From Adineta vaga (lineage: Eukaryota > Animalia > Rotifera): 64,000 nucleotides of DNA. This document shows, one piece after another, positions 57,877 through 64,000 of the stretch. The notes below the pieces were generated by a model. The model ran no database searches and was not told the origin of the DNA. It saw only the letters and a list, made by a program, of their open reading frames with translations. Numbering within the stretch: position 1 is the stretch's first letter; each line of letters opens with the position of its first letter. Location of the stretch: the NCBI GenBank assembly GCA_021613535.1, contig CP075495.1, positions 12,648,001 through 12,712,000 of the forward strand, written 5' to 3'. The position numbers and the translations under genes were made by a program.

Positions 57877-60800
57877 TCAGACTTTTGTTTCAGGGCCCGT
57901 ATTTGAATGGGCAAATGAATCTCTGAGTTTCGTCATTAACCGAGTTAAGACTGAACCATATGCTTTCGTATACCATTCATGTGAACGACCCATTAGATCT
58001 ACACGACTTAAATGTGTTACTTTTGATTTACCACATCCTAAATAAATCCATGGATAAAACAAAAAGGAATGAATTATATTTTCAAAACAAGATCGATTCA
58101 ATTATTTACCATAGGATTGTATCAGGTATCGAGAAGCTAATGTGACAGCACGAACTACATGATATAGAATAAGAATTTATAGATTAATAAAGCAAGAATT
58201 TAGTAAATGTATGAAATATTTCTTACCAAGTGTTGGTGGGCAATGTGCTTTTGGATGTTCGATAGATGTACAAACAAGAACACAAGCATCTCGCTTTTGA
58301 TGATTGGGATTTTGCGTAGTAATAAATGAAGCAATAGCGCTTGAGGATGCTGTTGATGATGAACCAACTGGAAGTGTCATTTGAGTATTATTAATGTTAT
58401 TATTATTTGTTGATAGAGAATTTTGATAACTACCATTTGTATTTAAATGAACATGTGTTCTCCAACTACGTACTTCACAAAAATATCGGGATGCTAGAGG
58501 AGCCTAGAAAATAAAAGATAAAAGTCATTTTCTGAATAAAACATGAAGAAATAGTTACCATTGAATTCAGTGTATACTGATAAACATGCGTATTTTGATT
58601 TAACTGTTCTATGATTGTACCGGATTGGAAATCTAAATAATCAAAAAATAAAAGTTTTTAATGTTCTCATATATTATTCTGAATTCTTATGTTCCTAGGT
58701 AACTGATATCTCCAGTTTTAGTTCAATCTCAAGTCGAATAATGATTCTAATATTTTATAAGACATACCATCATCCCAAAGATGTCGTTCGTTTAGAAGAC
58801 GATTAAGTATTTCAATGGGTGGTGCTTCAATTTCAGCTGAACATTTCCATAATCCAAGTGGATGACCATCATCCAATTTCTTAAACGCCAATTCTAATTC
58901 ATTATTAATTCCAAATGAAGTCCATCCTTTTAATTTATTATAACATGATTCACGCATAACTTCAACTATACAACGATCAATAAAACCTTGATAGGAATTT
59001 TTTACATTTGGAGGCGTAGATAATAATTGTAATGAACTATTCATGTCATCCGAACACAAACGTGAAGATGAAAATGATTTTATTGTTGTTGATGTTGTTG
59101 ATGATTTACTTGAATTTAAATTATCATTTAAAAGTATATTTTCACATGATGATGATGCTGATGGTGATGATGATAATGAGCCAATTGAATCTGAAGCTGA
59201 TATTGTGCCAATTTCTGTTGCACGTTGTTGTGCTGTACGTTTACCAACAAGATTACTTGATGAACATCGACGATATTTATTTAACAATGGCGTTGTTGTT
59301 GTTGTTACAGCCGATGTTGTTGTTGTTTCTGAAACACGTCGTGCTAATTCTTCTAAAGTACATGGCTCACCAATTTCAATATAAGAAAAATGACAAGCTT
59401 GATGAAGTTCATCAGGTACAAGAAATAACAATCGAACATGATCTATCATAAATGCAAGTATTTCCATTGCTTTGCGTTGTTCTTGAATTTCTCTCCAATC
59501 AGGCATACCCATTACATTTGAAGACATCGGTGTTTGTTGAGTTTTACGTGTTGTTGATGATGTTGATGTATCAAGTATTTCCATACTATGATGATTATAA
59601 TTACGAAATGAAAATAATGTTGGTGCAAAACAAGTTGCTAAATTAATTGAACTCATTTGATTGGTTTTTGAATGTTTAGAAACATCATTTAAAAAAGATA
59701 ATAGTAAATGTAAAACTAAACGATTTTCATCTGGTAAGAGAAGAACAGCATATTGTAATGAACGTAAACGACGTTCATTATTTAATTTAATTGTTGTTGA
59801 ATCAATTGATGTTGATGATGATATGGTAGAAAAATGTTCGCTAATATTCAGAAATAAAGGTGATAATTTTGTTGTAAATAAATATTCCGGTAATGCTCGA
59901 AAATATTGTTTTAAAACATCAGATACATCATAAGGACTGAAATCATCAAATTGATGAAATTCAAGATCAGATTCAATTAAATCATGAAGACGTTTGATAC
60001 GATTAGAAACACCACTAGAAAAAATAAATTAGAGATAAGACGTTTGTTTTAATTGTTTTAATAAGATGTTGAGAAAAGAGGAGCTAAAAATAGACATCCT
60101 TAGGCAAACTTTGTTGCTTAATGTAACAAGGTCAATAAAAGAATTTTTGCTTGTGGCTCATTTGCACATCATTTATTTTCTCCAAGTATATTTAAAGATT
60201 AGTTTGTCTTCAGGTAATCTAGTCACTTAATTTCCATTATTCTCAAACTGTTTTAAATCAACAATCGTTGATGATAAATAAAACAAGTAGACGACGAAGA
60301 AGAAGTAAAGAAAAGAAATGTCAAAAGATGATTGTTAAAGAAATTCTTTTCTTATCAATTAATTTCAAAGCGAAAAAGAAAACGAACTGTCATTTATTTA
60401 ATACTATAACAATATGTGATTAACAACCTTGAGATTAGAAATTGTATCATTTTTCGCGCATATTTGATTCTCTTTCATTCCCAACATTCTCGACATACTC
60501 AAGGCTAATAGAAAAGATTAAATTAAATAACGGATTCTTCATGTCGCGTTTTCTTCTTCTTTTGATAAACTTACGGTTTTCGAAATATGCCAACACTATC
60601 GATGGATGTTCGTCGAAGATATTTCATTGCAGATATGATTGTTATAGGTACGGGATGTCCAGTCCGTTGAGTCATGGAAAGAAGTGAAACACCAAATACT
60701 GATTTTTTTATATCTTTGATTTCAGAGTGACTTTCCTAAAGATTCAACGAAGAAAAGAGAACTAGACAGAAAAGAAGAAAATAATAGAGACGAACTTTTC

Positions 60801-62237
60801 GTTGCTGATGTCGTCGAATAATTAATTTCGGAACTGCACTAAATGCAGTGGCAAGTAAACTTTGTGGAGGTGCAACAATTGTATTAATCAATGTTGGTAT
60901 TTGATCATCTTTTTTTGATGATAAAATTCTTGTTGTATCAAGTAATTCTTGAATACGTATGGATGCTGCACGACGCAGAGCAAATAATTGTCCAACAGAC
61001 ATTTGTCCCAAATGATATTTTGATGAATTAAAACTAGGACGATGAGATTTCGTAAATGAATGCCATTTAACACGAATTTTACGACTAGCAGGTAAACGTG
61101 ATGGTGTTGTTGATGATGATGATGGAACAGTATTTGTTACATCATTGTCTGATGACGACGAGGTGGATGACGATGAAGACGATGATGATATGGAAGATGT
61201 CGATCGATGTAATGCATCGGGACTTGTTGTTAATACGACGGAATCAGTCTGTCTTTCAACACTACTTGTACCAAGACCAGAATCTTTTCTATCAGTCACT
61301 GAACGTATATGAGTTGAGCCAGAACGTTTTGAATTATTTTCATCAGTTGATGATGTTGATGTAGGAGAACGATTATCAATGATGACTGGTTCACTTTGAT
61401 ATCCAAGTGGCGGTGGTACATTATCATAAAATGAAAGACGTGTCCAATCATATACATGAAAGTGTCGACGAGCGAAAAGTGTTGCTTGATGTGAAGGTGA
61501 TTTTGCTGAATGGCGAGGTAATGCTGTGGATGATGCATTAATATGATTATCATCGGACGGAATAATTATAGGAAAATGTTGATTTGATAATGTATTCGTT
61601 GTTGTCGTTATCAGTTGTTCATCGCAGATCGGTGATAGACGATGAATCGATTTATCAATAGTATTGACCTTTAAATAGATAAATAGATTTTTTTCTAAAT
61701 TAGGTTTTTTCAAGGGTAAAAAATGAAGGCAAAGATGTAGTTATTAAATAAGCATTCAATAACCTCGAGAGAAAAAGAAAAAGACAAAATTTCATTTTGT
61801 GCAGTATCGACTTTTTCTTTATTGCTTTAGGGTTATATTCTAATATGATAAAATAATTTACAAAAATTTCCTACCGTATGTTCAGTTTTGTTTGTTTCTG
61901 TGGACGATTCATCGAAAGTTATTGAACCACTTTGAGATACTGTTGTGGATGACAGAGGTAATCTATGTCGTCGACGATGAATGTCACCTGCTCTATTACT
62001 ATTGTTGTTATTATTATTATTATTATTATTGTTATTGTTGGCAGTAATTTTTAATTTCGTTTCACAATGTCGATGTTGCATATGAGTCTTATTTTCTGGA
62101 CTACTACATTCAGCTTCTTTTGATGAATAGCCAGATGATTCATGATGATGATAATGAGATTTTAATAATGATGATGTAGATGATGAAATAGGTTCATCTA
62201 TTTTCAATTCCAACACATCATCACTTGAAGTGATCAT
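57877..62237 (-). CDS. DLC1/STARD13 (crossveinless-c)-family RhoGAP with START domain; 5' end may extend upstream
   Basis: RLSFYDNVP and KWHSF motifs; RhoGAP VFGVSL..VGIFRKP|GVSNRI..YDVSDVLKQYFRALPE..LLLPDENRLVL..NQMSSINLATCFAPTLF; START LAFKKLDDGHPLGLWKCSAEIEAPP..RVDLMGRSHEWY; C-terminus GPETKV*. Confidence 0.92.
61996..62040 (-). repeat. (AAT/AAC)n coding microsatellite giving poly-Asn in the RhoGAP N-terminal region
   Basis: The + strand ttg/tta triplet run translates to NNNNNNNNNNNNNSN. Confidence 0.85.
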
Positions 62238-64000
62238 CTGAAATAGAAAAGATCTATCATGTGAATCGATTACTCGTTTTTCTTCTCAGCATTCTTCCTC
62301 ATTCACAACAACATATATACAGAACACTATTTTTGTATAGTGGTCGTCGGCGCAAAATTAGTTCAACAATCTTCTTCTTCTTCTTTTTCTTCTTCTTCCC
62401 TCTCGCACAGGGTATATGCTTATGTGTATGCACACACGCGGCGCGCTTTTCTTTTTTTTCTTTATCCGTTTGCCTTTACGCTTGTGTGTGTGTGTCTGTG
62501 TGTGTGCGTGTATACGCATACACACACATACGCCCGCATACAAAAACGAGGTCACCACTACAGCATTATACTGAATAGTATATGACAATTGTAACAATGA
62601 TGAGGAAGAACAATGAGGACGAACGACTACGACGACATTCGATTATTTATAGATTGAAGCTGCGAACATCTTACATAAATTTTCTTCTTTATCCATTCAC
62701 TAGGCACTGTATTTTATCAAGAATGATGACACTGAATAAAACACATGCGATCAAGGACAACTCATGCATGCTTCTTCACCAATATGCGCATCAAAGCTCA
62801 TCTCAATCGACTCGTTTTTCTTCGGCATTTTCTTTCCATAAAATGGCAGCGACTAGTACTGATCATAATACTAAATTGAATGTTGTATGAGACGAGAAGC
62901 GTGGGTGGTATTTCTTATTTATGTTTTACTTTCTTCTTTCAAAGACGCCGATGATGATGGTGAAGATGATGATCGTAAGCATAGCAGAAGAAAAAAAAAC
63001 AGAGCAAAACAGGAATTGGGACGACGATGACAACTCTAACTAAACTCAAACTCAAACTCATATCGGAAGATCGATAAATCACTTAGTAGTAGTGCACATC
63101 TCGGCCTTCCTTCGATCTATATACATGCAAATAGAGTTGGTAAGAACGACAATATAGAGGACTAGTAGTACACGACGAAAAAAAATAATGAAGTGGCCAC
63201 TTAAATCAACCCCTAGAGCTGCTGTTTAGTTGGACTCTAACCAATATACTTTGTCTCAACTGTCCAAACATGAGAACACTCACCTATATTTTGTTTTCAA
63301 TATACGATTTCTCGGATGATTCCTGCTTTTTGACTGTCTCTCGATCTATTCATCTAGTAGGAAGAGGGTGGATACAAGAATAGAATAGGAACCGATAGTC
63401 AAAGAAGAAAAAAAAAAGAGAGAAAGAAAGATTAACGCATGAACACATGTGTGGCGTAATATGCAATTATTGTTATTTATCGATATACATATACTCATAC
63501 ATAGGTTCATCGATGATAATGACAACGACAGAGACGTCGTGACGACGAAGGATTATATAAAAGACACAAATTCATATATATATATATATATATATATACG
63601 TTTATGTATATATAGAGAGCAAAAAAGGAATACTTCGAGCGAACTAGTTGTAGTATATTGTGCAATCAATACTATTCGAACATTATATGTTGTCTAATAC
63701 TAAGTATATATGGAGAATCAATCATCATATGCGTAGGTATATACGCATTTTACTCATCTTGTCATTGATGTTACTTATATGTCGATGAATATATTTGATC
63801 CATTGTTTTTGTCTATGAGGAAGAGAATTGACACATGTAAAGGAAAAGAATAGGTTGGTGTGTCTTACTTACCTACGGAAACTACTTTTTCCATCTCCGT
63901 TTCTTTTCCTATTTTACAGATAGGTGTGCTTTTGTCGTGTAAATGCGAATGTGCGCATGTTGAATAACAACAGCGAATCAATGTAAAAAAAGAAGAAAAA

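Noticed and set aside
62261-64000. Short ORFs upstream of the RhoGAP gene
   Set aside because: This is simple-repeat-rich intronic or regulatory sequence. Donor-like sites at about 63283 and 63872 may mark 5' exons, but no coding chain could be supported.

Overview
This is an AT-rich eukaryotic (metazoan) window with many short, roughly 50-65 nt GT-AG introns. Composition, intron size and gene content fit a bdelloid rotifer (Adineta/Rotaria-like), but that placement is inference. About 16 protein-coding genes can be supported, mostly spliced, so the ORF track only shows fragments. In order they are: ABCB1/P-glycoprotein (+), a FET-family RRM/RGG protein (-), a pancreatic-lipase-like gene (+) and Slingshot phosphatase (+). 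Eight consecutive minus-strand genes follow: a Mn-CDF/MTP transporter, a triple-RING + zinc finger + mono-ART/PARP fusion, nidogen, an amidated neuropeptide precursor, a DENND2-like gene, an H1/protamine-like protein, a peptide-type GPCR and junctophilin. The window ends with a Ly6/three-finger-like mucin-stalk GPI protein (+), a D/D-domain protein (+), EXO1 (-) and a DLC1/STARD13-type RhoGAP-START gene (-, 5' end uncertain). I recognised no rRNA, tRNA, CRISPR array or transposon. Three observations stand out. First, a 279-bp near-identical tract (1 mismatch, two introns included) is shared by the two nucleotide-binding domains of ABCB1, the footprint of recent intragenic gene conversion. Second, one protein fuses three RING fingers and two C2HC fingers to a mono-ADP-ribosyltransferase domain split by a ~160-aa Pro-rich insert. 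Third, a linker histone carries protamine-like SR/SPxK repeat tails.
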